DNA of 62,165 nt, counting the filler, from Dimorphilus gyrociliatus (taxonomy: Eukaryota > Animalia > Annelida), in the NCBI GenBank assembly GCA_904063045.1. It is 4 parts of 4 records of this genome, joined end to end, with 100 filler letters (N's around TTAATTAATTAA, not from the genome) between each part and the next. Parts side by side here need not be neighbours in the genome. Positions count along the whole stretch, not along the records: positions 1 to 27,338 come from CAJFCJ010000149.1; 3 more parts are not named here. The stretch is one strand, 5' to 3'. The notes beneath the pieces were generated by a model. That model was not told where the DNA came from. It made no database searches and saw only the letters and a list, made by a program, of their open reading frames with translations. The translations under genes and the position numbers were made by a program. Shown piece by piece: positions 1 to 13,070 of the stretch (within the stretch, counting starts at the first letter, position 1; the number at the start of each line of letters is the position of its first letter).

Positions 1-2200
1 ACCTTGATGACATAATAATATTTACCAAGTCGCTGGACCAACATTGGAAGCATTGGAGACCATTCTTCAACAGATTCAAAAGTACAATTTTAAGATTAAA
101 CTAAGTAAATGTGTGTTTGAAAGAACAAGTTCAATTCTTGGACACATTGTATCAGAAAAGGGATTGAAACAGATAAGTCCAAGACAGAAAATTAATAATT
201 TACAGCCACCAGTGTTTGCAAATTCACTACTAAGCTTGTTGCATTTGTGGCTATTACAGAAAATTTATACAAGATTTTGCAAGAGTAGCTAAACCTCTGT
301 ATATGTTAATGAAACTACAGGGAAAAAGGATAAATTGCAATGGACTGAGAAGCCAAGCAATCATTTTTCAAGTTGAGAGATGCAGTAGTTAACCCTCCTG
401 TATTACAACTACCTGATTTTGCTAAAGATTTTCACTTAACAACAGATGCATCGAATGTAGCTGTAGGAGGAGTTCTTGAACAAGTTTATGTAGATGAGAA
501 TGGGAAGAAAACAATGAAACCCATTGCCTACGCTTCAAAACAATTCAACAATAATCAAATGAAATATGCAGCCTATCAAAAGGAAGCATTTGGTGTTTAC
601 TGGGTTGTAAAGAAATTTTACATTACCTTCAAGACAAGCCATTCTTTTTATATACTGACCATCAGAGTCTAGTACAAACATTTAAGCAAAACAAATTGAA
701 TGTCAGCACAGCAAAATGGGTCATGGCTTTAATGGATTTAAAATTTACAATTAACTATGTGACAGGACGAAAAAATAGAGCAGATGCATTAACAAGATTA
801 GAAGAATATACACCCCCAAGGAAAGTAACATTTGAAGAGCTAATTCATGGAAAGATCAAAAAGGAGAATTCTCCCTCTATTTCAGTTAAAATGGAACAGT
901 ATGAACATACACCAGAGTTAACTTTTGTAGCTACCAGTGATAACAGTGAAGAGAAAATTGATTTGTCTTCTGTTGACTTACAGTCAGAGCAAGAAAAAGA
1001 TGTGAATTTAAAATCAATTAAAGAATATTTAACATTGGATGGTCAGCTACCTATTCCTTATTTTGGAACTTTTACACCTTTCATAATGGAGATGTTTGTT
1101 CACAAGGAAATGATCTGGATTATCCTTGAAGAAAGAACATTCTGGTTTTACTGACCATTTGATGCTAATCTGCTCCCTAAATTCATAAAAATAAATTCAC
1201 AATCACATGGACCAGAATGACATTACAAATAATTACAAAGACTTTTGGCACAAAATTAAAGATTATGATTGAGAATTCAATAAAGGATTGCACTTTGTGT
1301 GAACAAATGAATGGTAGGAGTAGAGTATACCCTTTGGTAGAAACCTTTCACCCTGCATCACCAATGGAGTGGTAGCCATGGATATAATGGACCCTTACCC
1401 ATGGTTAAGTCATACAGATTCATACTTGTGATAGTGGATCATTTCAGTAGATACACAGTTTTATATGCACTCAAACAGCAAACCAGTAAAGAAATTGCAA
1501 ACCTTCTTTTCAACAGATTTTTTCCCATTTTTGGAATTCCCAAACAAATGTGACAGATCAAGGAAGAAACTTTGTTGGTAAAGCTTTTAAAGAGTTTATG
1601 AAGGTATTAGGTATTGAGAAAATCCAAACAACAGCTTATAGAAGCCAGAGCAATGGACTAGTTGAACGAAGAAATAGAGAAGTGAGGAAGGAAATCAATA
1701 AATTAGTGGTGGAAGAAAATCAGCATAACTGGTTGCAAACCTACCCTTGATTCAAGCATTTTTGAATCAATCACCTGTGGAAGTACAAGACTACCACCCA
1801 GGAACTTCTTTTGGCACCAGCACAAGAACACTGATTGATGTAACAATGCATACTACCTCTCCTGAAACAAATGTACTATTTGTATTCAATCACCAGCAGC
1901 AATTGGTACAGTTAAGAGCCTTCTGTAAATCCATCATGGCAAAAGAACAATATAGGGAAAGAAAGAATAGAAATCTCAATCTTCCAAATATTTTGAGGTT
2001 GATGATGAAGTATTCTTAAGAATGATGCTGCAAGAATTGCAATAACAAAAATCCTTCTTTAAAATGGTTAGGCCCATACCGAATAACAAAGTCAATCATC
2101 AAAAGTGGATATATGAAATACAAATGGATGATAATACATGCAAGTTGGTACATGGTAGCAGATTAAGACTAGCCAATGAATCTAATAAGTTGGAAACAGG
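1..2200 (+). pseudogene. pol: Gypsy pol: RT C-terminus, RNase H, integrase (HHCC, DDE core, GPY/F module); many frameshifts and stops
   Basis: LDDIIIFT...KCVF...ILGHIVSEKG (RT). PVLQLPDFAKDFHLTTDASNVAVGGVL, KPIAYASK, NRADAL (Ty3 RNase H). TDQGRNF, TTAYRSQSNGLVERRN (IN). KWLGPY...VHGSRLR (GPY/F). Confidence 0.93.
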
Positions 2201-2299
2201 GAAAGAAGCAACAACAATCTTTCACCTTGTGGAGAAGGAAATAACACACCTCCAATATCTTTCTCAGGTAGAAGGAAGAAATGACTTCCAATTCCGTTT

Positions 2300-2630
2300 G
2301 AAGAATCAAAAGGCCAAGAAGTCATTGCCTTGTGTGACACGGAGCATTGAGATCCTTTATTACTGAAAAAGAAATCAAGTTAATGGATGTTACAATTATG
2401 GATAAAGAAACAATTGGCTTACCAATTATAACTTCAGTGATGGGAAAGCTTTAAAGCAAAAAGGAAGCGTAAAGCTGAATATCCAATTTGCTGGAGAAAT
2501 ATGGAACAAGAATTTATAGTTATGGAAAATCTAGACATAGCAATAATACTTGGTTGTGATTTCCTACAAACTGTGGGAGCAAACCTCAATTTTGAAGCTA
2601 AACAGTGTTCTCTCAAATTTGATAGAAGGA
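2300..2630 (+). pseudogene. Retropepsin-like aspartic protease located downstream of integrase
   Basis: Joining frames across about three 1-nt indels gives GQEVIALCDTGALRSFITEK...DGKALKQKGSVKLNIQFAGEI..EQEFIVMENLDIAIILGCDFLQTVGANLNF. This has the catalytic DTG (gac at 2336), the flap and the ILGxDFL motif. Confidence 0.8.
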
Positions 2631-3217
2631 AAGGGAACCTGGCTGAAAGAATAAGGCAACCTCAACTAAACAAAGTCACTATAGCCATGATGGGACAGCA
2701 TGACTCTTCATCAGAAAGCTCAGATAGTGATGACTCAGAGATGGAAGTTACTAATTCTGATACTGGTTATGACACAAGCAATACTTTCAAAACAGACAGT
2801 AATTACAGTCTCAATGAACCTTCAAGCTCATCTGAAAGTGATGACACAGAAACAAATAATGAACTGGATCAAAATACAGATTCAGAGGCAAACATTATCT
2901 CTGATAGAGAAGATGAAATATCTAGTTCAGACGATGAGTCAATAATTATTGAAGGTGAAATTATTGACATAACCCATTCGGATAATGAGTCCCTCATAGT
3001 GGTAGATTCATCCCAAGATGAGAAAGAAAATACAAGTGACACAGACAATGAGTCAGTCATATTTTTAGATGAGACTAAAATCATCTCTGAACAATTAGAT
3101 TCCCAACAAGAAGTGGAACCACAATATATAGAGTTAGAAGATGGAATAACTATCAGAGTGGAACAACAACACAAAACTTTCAACCATTCAACTATAGCCA
3201 ACACAGGAAGAGCTAAC
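2631..3217 (+). other. Ser/Asp/Glu-rich acidic low-complexity coding linker between protease and env
   Basis: Open in frame within ORF 2501-3781 (HDSSSESSDSDDSEMEV...SSSSESDDTE...). Confidence 0.75.
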
Positions 3218-5632
3218 ATGAAACAGATGTTGTGGCTTCCACTAATGATGACTGTAATGGTGATCTGTGGCTGCATCCACTCAATAACAGTCCCAAAACC
3301 ATCCTACCAAGGTGCTTATGTTACAAGTGCAAACATTACCTTAACATTTAAACCACCGTTATACTTTTGTTCTAACCAACTACCAAGCCAGGCATTTGAT
3401 CTAGCAGATGAGCCAACTTGTAATATAGAATCACAAGAAACCAAGACAATTACAGCTGATATCTATGAATTGAACTTGGAAGAAATTGAAACAAGAGCAG
3501 TAAAATGTCAAGTGTATCTAAGAACTAATTTTTACACTTACTATTTCTTTGGAGCAAAGAAGAGGAGGATTGTTAACTCAGTTATCAAAGTAACTCATGA
3601 TCAATGCAGACAGATGATAAAGACAAACGATCTTTTCAAGGAAACCTTTAATGGTGAAAAGAACACTTGGATCCACCAAGATCAGTTTCCTGCTGCTACA
3701 CATGGCCAACAACGACCAAGGTGCTGGAATACACCACAATTATCCAGTTTGGCAAAGCATATTGGCAACCTCCTAATATGAAAATTACAACTAATCTGGA
3801 CTACCTGGAAGATTGTTTACCAGGGCAGTCCTATTGTGAGACAGAAGAGGCAATTATTGTCTTTAGAAACCTCAAGAATAATTACACACTTGGGCAACAA
3901 TCACCATGGATAAAAATTAGCACAGAATTAGTTGTATCAAATTTGCTGGTCACTATTCTTGTCCAGGGTATTCTATTCTGGACATCCCTTATCAAGATAA
4001 GTTTATTGATGGAATTGGTGGTCCTGGAACAAAAGTACTAGTACCACTGGAGGACAGAGTTTAATACAGGAAACAAGCAAGGAACACCTATACAATTTGC
4101 TACAATATCAGAAGATTGGCAAAAATGAAGAAAAACGACTATTAAACTATCCCAATAAAGTTGAAGAACAAATTATACTATACAAGCGAAACAACCCCTT
4201 ACCAAGTCTTAACCAATGGTACAGAGAAACAAACACAAAGTATAAACTAATGAGAAATAAAGGCACACTCAAGGAAGTTGTGATATATCATCTACAACAA
4301 CCCATTAGTCCATCTTACTGGGAGCTGGATAACTATTATATCCAAGAAATGCTGCAAGCAGTCAATTGGACAAGGGCAACAAGACAATCTGTTACGATTT
4401 CAAAATATGTATACAGTGAGAAAAGAATCAAAAAGAAGGTATTACCAACATTGGGCATATGGTATAAAGGACCACCAGCCAGAGAATTCAAGATTACCTA
4501 TGAAGGAATTTATTTTACTCTACACATGAGAATGGCTAAAAAGCAGATGAAGAAGGAAGCAAAACTGAAACATAAGATAAGTAAAAACCCATACCACAAA
4601 TTCCCATTGGAAATGAGAGAAGCTGCCCAAACATCTACCTTACTACATGGTATTGATTCAAATTTTAAGAATTTAAAAAAGTTTACCCAACAGCTGTCAA
4701 GTCTTCTCTGCAATCAATTTGTTCAAAGAAGCAGAATGATGGCATTACTAGCAAATTTGGATCCTCAATTGACCACAGTGTTAACAAATGAGTTGGGAAT
4801 GCACAGTAGTCAGATGGGAGAATTAGCTATAATTAAACAATGTTCACCAATAGCCTCAACAGAAGTAGTTTGTGACTTAAGCATGATAAAAAAGAATAAC
4901 AAATGTTCTCAATTTTTACTTGTCACCATGAACAACCTGCTTTTCCAAGTAGAACCAGTTACTCATGTTTTACAGCAAGTCAATCCTGAAGAGATTACCT
5001 ATAATGAGTGTAAGTCTAACAAGTTATTCTACAAAACAACTCACAACCCATTAAATCCTATAAGAAACCAACCAATGAAAGACAAAACGTATGTGTATTA
5101 TTCAGAAAGAGGATGCAGATTTCACACTGTGTCTGCAAAATTCATGCAGTTACATATCCACAATCACCTTTCTGAACCAAAAATTGAAATTGCCAGATTA
5201 GCTGATCTACTCCACCATGGGGTAAAGAAGGATATTGCATACCAGCACTCAAAAATTAAGCAAGTTATCAGTTCACTGGAACAGAAGCAGGCAAGGTATG
5301 ATAACATGGTCACTGTTGCAGAGAAAAATGGCATTGTACCCAATTTATCTGGAATTAAAAAGTTTTTCCATAGTTGGTACTATAAACCTGGGAAAACACT
5401 TTATGTTATCATACGAAATATTTGTTTGAGTATTGTAGTGTCAATGGTATGTATCATCATTTTCAACTATATTATTGGAAGAAGAAAACAAAGAGAAGAA
5501 ATTGCTACCCCAAGTGAGAGCACAGATAACTCTCCTGAAAACCCAAAACTAATGAAACAAAGTTGTAGCTTTAGTCAACATCAAACTAATGAAGAAGAAC
5601 AACCACCTGTAATTCTCATTAAATCAAGATGA
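3218..5632 (+). CDS. env: Env-like class III viral fusion glycoprotein (herpes gB / rhabdovirus G / chuvirus G-like), frameshifted at ~3670 and ~3900-4090
   Basis: Signal peptide MKQMLWLPLMMTVMVICGCIHS. Cys pattern AVKC..YFFGAK..HDQC..PPRSVSCCY..CLPGQSYC parallels VSV-G. LCNQ..LLANLDP..SSQMGELAIIKQC parallels the gB WC..KLNP..RMLGDVMAVSTC segment. C-terminal TM helix IIRNICLSIVVSMVCIIIFNYII, then RRKQR. Confidence 0.8.
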
Positions 5633-5663
5633 AGGGACTCATCTTCACAAAGAAGGGGGAAGT

Positions 5664-6298
5664 TGTACAACTTTGGTTATATTTTACATGCTTGAACTCT
5701 ATTATTTTATGCAACATATACATGTACATCTTAAAACCTACGCAAGAAAATGCTATAACATTGGCCAAACATAAGTCTGATTAGTCAGCTTGAAGGCTCA
5801 TCTTTAATTACCAATAAAGGTTTGGCCAAGTTATAATTTAATTAACTTGCCTAGGGTGTGGCCAAGTTATAATTCAATTAACCTTCCTAAATGTTGAACC
5901 TTGTAACATCCTGTTACTAAAGATAAATATGAACTACACATTTCGGCAACTGTAAAGTGATGATTGGATGTCAGAGACAAACCTCAAAGTATATAAATCC
6001 TCATTATTCTCATTTGGCATGCAGCTTCCATCTGGACCCAAGGACCTGGGAAAATCATCTGGAAACAACCTCCACTGGAACCATCCATCTACTCCTCAAC
6101 ATTGGAAGACAGTTTGGTAATTTGGCAACCTGCTATTACAAACTATCTACTCTGCTATTGAACTCTCATATTGTTACTTGCTTAAGTATTATTATTGCGA
6201 ATAAACCGTTTTAATTTAAACATTTGTTTAAAGGTTCGAGTAGAACCAGTATTGTTATAACTTGCAAACGCATAGATTTTGCCAGCAAGAGCAGTACA
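5664..6298 (+). repeat. 3' LTR (~635 bp)
   Basis: Follows the PPT directly. TGTAC...GTACA inverted ends, TATA-like TATATAAA at ~5990, AATAAA at ~6200, and internal TGGCCAAGTTATAATT repeats. Confidence 0.8.
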
Positions 6299-9200
6299 TT
6301 ATATAAAAAGGTATGAAACTGGAGGTAGAAAATCACATAAATCACCAATTATGGTTATTGAACCCACCAACTAAATTCACAGTGCTGAGTGTGAAAAGTT
6401 CATCCAGTAATGAGATTCAATTGGCTTGATAGTTGACAATCGCCTGATGGTTTTCAATCTTATGGAATATTCATCAGATCAAGCTCAGAAGATAACAATT
6501 GTTGGCAGTATTTGTGTTTCAACATAAAATAAAATATAAAACCATATAGGTAAGACACCTTTTCAAATATCAACGAGCTCATTTAGATAAATCATTCAGA
6601 TAAATTTTAGAATGCACTCTTGTCTAGATATCAATTTCTACAAATGTATATAATAAGCCAAAGGGAGATCATATGACTTTCAATATCGGCCCATTTGGAA
6701 AACTAGGTTTTTTTATCGACAGTCAGTTGCCAATCAGAAGCAGGTCAGGTCAGATACCAATGTACATTCTTAAAAGGATCGCCTGTCGAGTTTCAGAATC
6801 AATTTGATTACATGTAATCAATGTTTAGGCATTACCAGGCAGATTTTTAGCAAACTGTGTGCTTGATGATTGATTGTATATGTAAATATGTAAATTCGTA
6901 GACTGTTGTTATAGAAACACCGAGTTTTTCAAGCAATTTTTTTGAGCAATGTTCGAAAAGTTGGCATTTGAATGGATAAATTTTGGAATATTATACATTG
7001 TTTTATTTCAACAATTGGCTGCACAGTTCAATGTTTTTGCTACAATCAGGCATTTCATTGACACTCAAATATTTTGTAAAGAATCTTGTCAAACAGCCCA
7101 CTTTGTAATGATATCTTCTCAGTTTTTTTATCAAATGAATTTCAATAAATCTATAGATTGAGTCAAAGCTTGTCAAATAGCAACTCTCGATTAAAAATCA
7201 CGTTTTTTCAAATACAGAGCTGAGTTATTAAAATGTTTCATAGAGCATATATGACATGACATGAATGCTCGAATGATGCTAGACAACAAAAACATTGCCA
7301 ACCATCCAAAGAATGCAAATGATAATAAAAAATCAATAAGACTTTCCGAGAATGGCTGAAATATTTAAGCACATGATATTAAGATGGGCATTTTGAAAAA
7401 TCAAGGTTCTCAGAATTCTGTATTATAATTCATTTTGCTTGAACTGGACCTAATTTTTTACCTGGCAAGTGGACATGTGGTTATAAGCAAAAATCATATA
7501 CGGCCATGCCTAAAGATAATTTTTCATATGTTTCTCATCAATAATTGTCTATAATTTATTTTTGGTTTAACTCGAAATGAGTGAGCAAAGCTAATCTGAA
7601 TGGCGCTTACCAATCCATCTTATGTAAATTTAAACTTTTTCTAAGACAAAACTGGTGGCATTTTTCTTTTAACTATAAGCCTTTATATGGTTAAACATTT
7701 TTGTTTCCCTTTCTAATTCTAGATGATATATTTGTTTTTTATCTCTTTGAATAGATAAATTTGAGACAGCAATTCAATCCTGATAATTATATAAAAAACT
7801 TAAAGAATTTGCTACCATGAATATCTTGATCATGCTTTAAAAAAAAGCTTCATAGCCTAATTGTTCATTATTTTTTGTGATGAGAAAAGCATATTTTTGG
7901 TAGTTCGGCTGTCTGATGATGGAATGGCATGATAGGTAAGATCTGTTCATCAACTTTTTGCTTTAAAATCCTAAACTCATTCATAAGACTGTTTCTTTGC
8001 TTTACCTTATGACTAATGGACAATATCTAGCATATAAAGATTATAAAATATCTGGCTGTTTATGTATGTGCCTAGTGCCATGTTTAAGGAATTATAAATA
8101 TCAAAACTTGGCAAAATCATATTTCAGGATCAAGTATATTATTCATTTTTGTATTTTCCTAGTCAGCCTGGCCAACTTCAATATGCCAGTAGATTTGGTT
8201 CAAAATGCAATGCTTGTGTACGTGTTCTTCTGTTCAAAAAGCCTTAGATTTCCAATAATATTTATGAAATGGAGGCTGACCTTTCCTACATATAAATTTG
8301 TTCAGGTAAAATTTATATATTGAATGCATTATATGAAAAACGACCCAATGGACAGGTAAAAACACTAAACACGGATTAATACAGGTCTTAAATGCGATAA
8401 TAATAGACATAAAATTATTAACATTCATATTCGGCCCTGTATTCTTAAAAAACTAGTTTTTTTCGAATAAATTAGATTTTGGCTGAGGCTTATCACCAGC
8501 AACTGGCACAAGCTCAGTACATGAGATAATCAACATAATCCATGACTGAAATTGTTAGACTGTTCCGAAATCATCATGGTAGATTGTAAATTGTATTTTC
8601 AAACCAGTTAAACACCAGAAACAAGTTTTCTTGAGCTGGCATCCAATTTTACAATTTATATTTTGATAAATTTAGATAATTGTAATATCATGGCTGTTAA
8701 ACCAAAAAAGACTTTTCTAATACATTTTCAGCAAAAGAATGGGGTGCTTCTTCTTAAATTGGGTAACAAGATCACATTCGATAATTGCTACAAATGACAA
8801 ATCATAAGTGTTTTAACAGGAATTTTTAGCTCTTTAAGAAAATTCACACTAGGTTGAGTGCAGGTGTGCAATTTGTTCGAATTTACGAACAAAGTGCCAT
8901 ATTTTGTTTGGAATTGAGAAGCTTTGGCCACTGATCATGGATCAAAATTGTATTATTATATGAGAATGTGGTATAGCAGTTTGTTTTATAACAGATTTAC
9001 TCAGGATCTTGACAGAAATCACGCCCATTCAGAACTGAAAGAGCTTTTTAGAATAATGAGACAATTTTGTTACTCCTGTGACATGTTCTCATATTGGGAA
9101 TTTTGAAAATGTTTTCAGCCAATAAAAATGAGATAGATGCGACTGTATATTGATATAAATCATGACCCCTCAAACAATATAATCAATAGTACGACCAATA

Positions 9201-9719
9201 GTACAAATTTTTCATAAAAAGATATCTGTAAACTATTTTATGACCAGATATCTTTTTATGAAAATGTGAAGAAAACCAGGTTGCCAATTCTTAAAATATC
9301 ATCAAATTGCTTCTTTACCAACACTTTTGGTATTAGATAACTGAAAAAATCACAAGTGCCTGTCAGACTGGTGTGATCAAATAACTGAATGTGCCTTCTC
9401 TGTATTAATTTCTGAAATTCTTGGTATAATGTATATCAAAATTTACTTCAATTTGTTTTGAGAGTGCATCATTTGATTTTAGAATACATCCCAAATGTTG
9501 TTAATCTGTGGGCATTTGAATAATGTGTCAATTGGATTAGATATAACTTGTTTGAAGGCTGTTTTCTGTCAAAAAAATAAACTTGTGTATCTAAAAGCAG
9601 GCTTTTTTTTTTATCATCTGATAGGGCCCTCAGATATTTGATCATCTAAAACAAAATAGACAAATCTAAATTATTATGAATGTAACTTTACAAAACATGA
9701 TCTTGTGAGTAAGATCATT

Positions 9720-9975
9720 TCTAATTATCATCCAAATAGTTCTTATTTTCCATGGATGTGATCAATAAGACCGATGTTACATTTTCATGGCACCTGATAG
9801 GAACAATAACACACTCATCAAATATTTTACATGATGGTTTTTTATCGTTACATCTGCTCTAAGAAGTGCAGGAACGAATTTATTTATGACCATTAAAAAC
9901 ATCTGAAAGCATTGCTTCATTTGATAAAGACAGGTAGTTTTTTTTTTTAAAATTACCATCTTGTTTAAAAACATT
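9720..9975 (-). pseudogene. Possible degraded KDZ (Kyakuja-Dileera-Zisupton)-type transposase fragment
   Basis: Minus-strand reading DGNFKKK...CTS..CKIFDECVIVPIRCHE...MENKNY loosely matches DGNF...DETG..CRH..GE; stops present. Confidence 0.25.
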
Positions 9976-12419
9976 AACAGTTGCTATGCCTGATTTAAAT
10001 ACACTAGTGGTTATATTTTACTTCTGCATTTGTGCTTTTTCTGATCTTGGCTCTGAATTGCTTTTCTATAGGCTGAAAAGTAGATCAGAGGTTGCTAGCC
10101 ATTGTGAAGATCTTGCGAAGCCTTTTATATCATCTAGAACAAAGAAAATGCACTTAAGAATGAGCTACTTTATTGTCATTAAAAATTGTACTCTGAGAAT
10201 TTTCTGGCTAATAAGAGCTAAGATGATCAATTTGAATGTCTTCAAATTGCCCAGAAAAATTTGAAAAAATGCGAGAGCTTGCACCATGTAAAACAAGGCC
10301 TGTTCTTCTAAATATATGTAATTTGTTTCTGTTAGTTCCATGATCTGACATAGGTGTTTTTGGCTATTTATTATCACAGTATCTAGTGAAAATTCCATAT
10401 AAATGATCTAAAATGCTCAAAATTTATGTTTGTTTTAAAAAATAACCTTGATTATGACATGTTCCGTCCGTTTAATTCAATGACTCATGCAAAAATTCGA
10501 GGGTTAATTTGTAAATCTAATAAATTTTAGGTAAAAATGGCCCAGGTTTTATTGAGAATATTTTAGCAGGCATTTCTATGTATTTTATTGATGAAAAAAT
10601 GTGAAATGAGATCCTATGTCTACAAAAGAACTTAGACCCAATTCTTCCATAAATTGAATGGTGAGTACAGCCTGGATTGATCTTTCTGAAAAACACATGG
10701 CTGTCAATCAATTCTAAAAGGGAATACTGCTTAATCCAAAAAAAATATCAAAATCGATCTGAAAATATTGTATCATTTAACTCAAAAGGTTTTTGCGATA
10801 ACAAATGTAAAAAATGATAACCCAATTCCTATCATCGAGATTGAAAAGATCGTCTTTGATATGGGGAAGGCTAATTACACTTTGATTTTGTCTTATTTTC
10901 TTTGTTGTGCCACAGACAAAAGAAAAGAACGGAAACAGCAATACACATATAATATTATTGTATGTTTATTTTGAATGTGCTTTTTTCAGTGAATATCATA
11001 GCTTTACCATTTACAATTAAAAGAAACCAACTGTTAAATATTCCAAACAAGCAATTTAACGAGTCATCTGGCATTTAAATGGTGGTCCATCTTTGTGGTA
11101 ATAATGAATGTGGTATCAGATGTCAATAAATGGCAGATTTAAGATTATTGGATAATATTCATGGATGTTGAGGTTATTTTTATAGAAATTTGGAAGAGGA
11201 TCTTTAGTTATGGACAATCTCACGAGAAATCTTTTCTCAATAGAATGAAATTTGATCTTTCAACCAAAGCATCACCAAATTCAAGAATAAATCTGAACAT
11301 CTATTCAAATCACATATCTGTTTTTGCTTTTATTTTTTTGCTGTTATAAATAATAATATATCTGTTTAGAAGGTTAGGTTAGCCTTGTCTTTAACTAAAA
11401 TATTCTATAATATTATGATGAAAATTATTATTCTCCGTGTGTAATACAGCAATCTAAGGCTGGATTACACATTTTCCAATACAAAATGAATAGACAAAAA
11501 CTTCTTATTTAAGAGTTAAAATTGTCAAATCAATCTGTTTTGTAGCTTTTCTTAGAAAAGAAGAACAAAAATTTTTAGATAATTCTACAGCAGTCTGTAA
11601 AGTAGCATTTCAGAATGTTGAAGGATGATTATTCCATATAAATATTCTTGTTTCAACTATAATACTCATTAGACAGTCTATTTATCAATATAATTTAAGC
11701 TTGATGTGAAATTTTCAAGAATGCTGGCAGTCAAAACAGTTTTTCTGAGGGTGTTTTTAAAATTTAATTTTGAGCTAAAATTAAAATTTTAAATGGTGAA
11801 TTTGCATTATAAAATATGTGGATTTAAGCACAGACAGGTTATAATAAGAGTGCACAACAGTATTTATTAGATTATTTCGGCTTCTGACCATATTTTGTGC
11901 CACTTTTCTGAGAATTTGGCAGGCACACACTCATTTTGCAATTTAGAAAATAAAAATAATAAAAAACAACTTAAGTCTATGATAAACTTATAATTTATTC
12001 ATTTTTAGTACGCAAAAAATTTGACTAAAAAATTTCACAATATGTACATATTATGCTTTTACAGGAGCCAGTTGAACATATACCCACTTCTTTTCATGAT
12101 TGCTCTATGTCTATATAAATATTTTATATTTTGTGGACATCAAGCTCAGAAATTCAATTGAGCACTTGAAATTTATTGAGTTTGATCAATATCTTTCACA
12201 ATATTGGATATTGTACACTTCTAGGAAAGTGTTTACAACAGAACACATTAGGCTTACCTGGTGATCATAAAAGAAATGGAGATTTGCCATCTAGAATCAA
12301 TTGTCAACTGTGAAAACATCAGAGAAAAATATTCAGTTTTATTTACAATCTCACACAAAAGACAAAAAACAACCATTAACCTTAAATTATGTGATACATA
12401 TCTTACATGTATTTATTTA

Positions 12420-13070
12420 TTTCATAGATTGTTCAAAAAGCAATGTCATCACTTAATAAAAACAATGAGTTCTTAACTGTTCTTTCTGCATATGTTGCAA
12501 TCTTATGACATTTTTGATTCGTAAAAAATGTTTTGAACAGCTCCTGTGGATCGATTATATTTTTAATGACATATATTTATTTTTGAACGATACCAAGGTT
12601 GACTTTCTAGAATCACTTCGTTGAGGCCAATACTTGCATATAAATTGCTATGCCCAACAGCTAATTGATCAATCAAGAGTATAACTTATCAAAAATATTT
12701 ATTGACAAAGAAATTTACAACCAACAGCTTGGCCGTGTAGCAAATACATGACTGCTGTAAACATTTTGTAATGAATTCACTCACCACATTACGGAGAGCA
12801 CACTAAAGTATAAAAATCCAGTCCATGACAACAGATCCTATTTGAATGGCAATTTTCCTACCCAATCGTACTCCATCACATTTCTGGCATCAATATTATG
12901 TTTTTTGAATTGTACAGTGAGAAATCCTTTTAATTGCCTTCAAGAACGAGTCCATCGAATCAATTTCACAGTTCATAAATTTAAGTAGATCAATTAGCCA
13001 AGAAATGTGAAATAAACTTTCTGTTTGAGGTTTTGCCGCCTCCCTGCACATTTTGTAATAATAACACAAT
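12420..13070 (-). pseudogene. Degraded CxC/KDZ (HMGXB3-like) transposase remnant
   Basis: Minus-strand fragments KPQTESLFHISWLIDLL..DSFLKAI and CCHGL....CGE*IHY....ICKYWPQ match the CRHG..GE..D.xCKYWP pattern. Confidence 0.4.

Larger units (their letters stand above)
1..6298 (+). mobile_element. Ty3/Gypsy-type LTR retroelement with env-like gene (3' portion; 5' LTR and gag lie outside the window)
   Basis: Pol motifs 1-2200, env-like ORFs 3218-5632, polypurine tract AAGAAGGGGGAAG at ~5650-5662, and an LTR starting TGTAC at 5664 and ending GTACA at 6298. Confidence 0.92.

Noticed and set aside
2434-3276. Antisense and overlapping ORFs in the protease/acidic region
   Set aside because: Shadow frames of a low-complexity coding sequence, with no recognisable motifs.
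6300-9700. Short ORFs, an integrase-like ATDHGSK fragment (~8900-9100) and a possible KDZ-like HTQHCEFSW piece (~6350-6420)
   Set aside because: Too degraded to assign, and no convincing TIR or TSD was found.
7560-10510. Possible piggyBac-like ends (TTAACTCGAA... / ...TTCGAGGGTTAA)
   Set aside because: The match is short and imperfect, and no piggyBac transposase motif lies inside.
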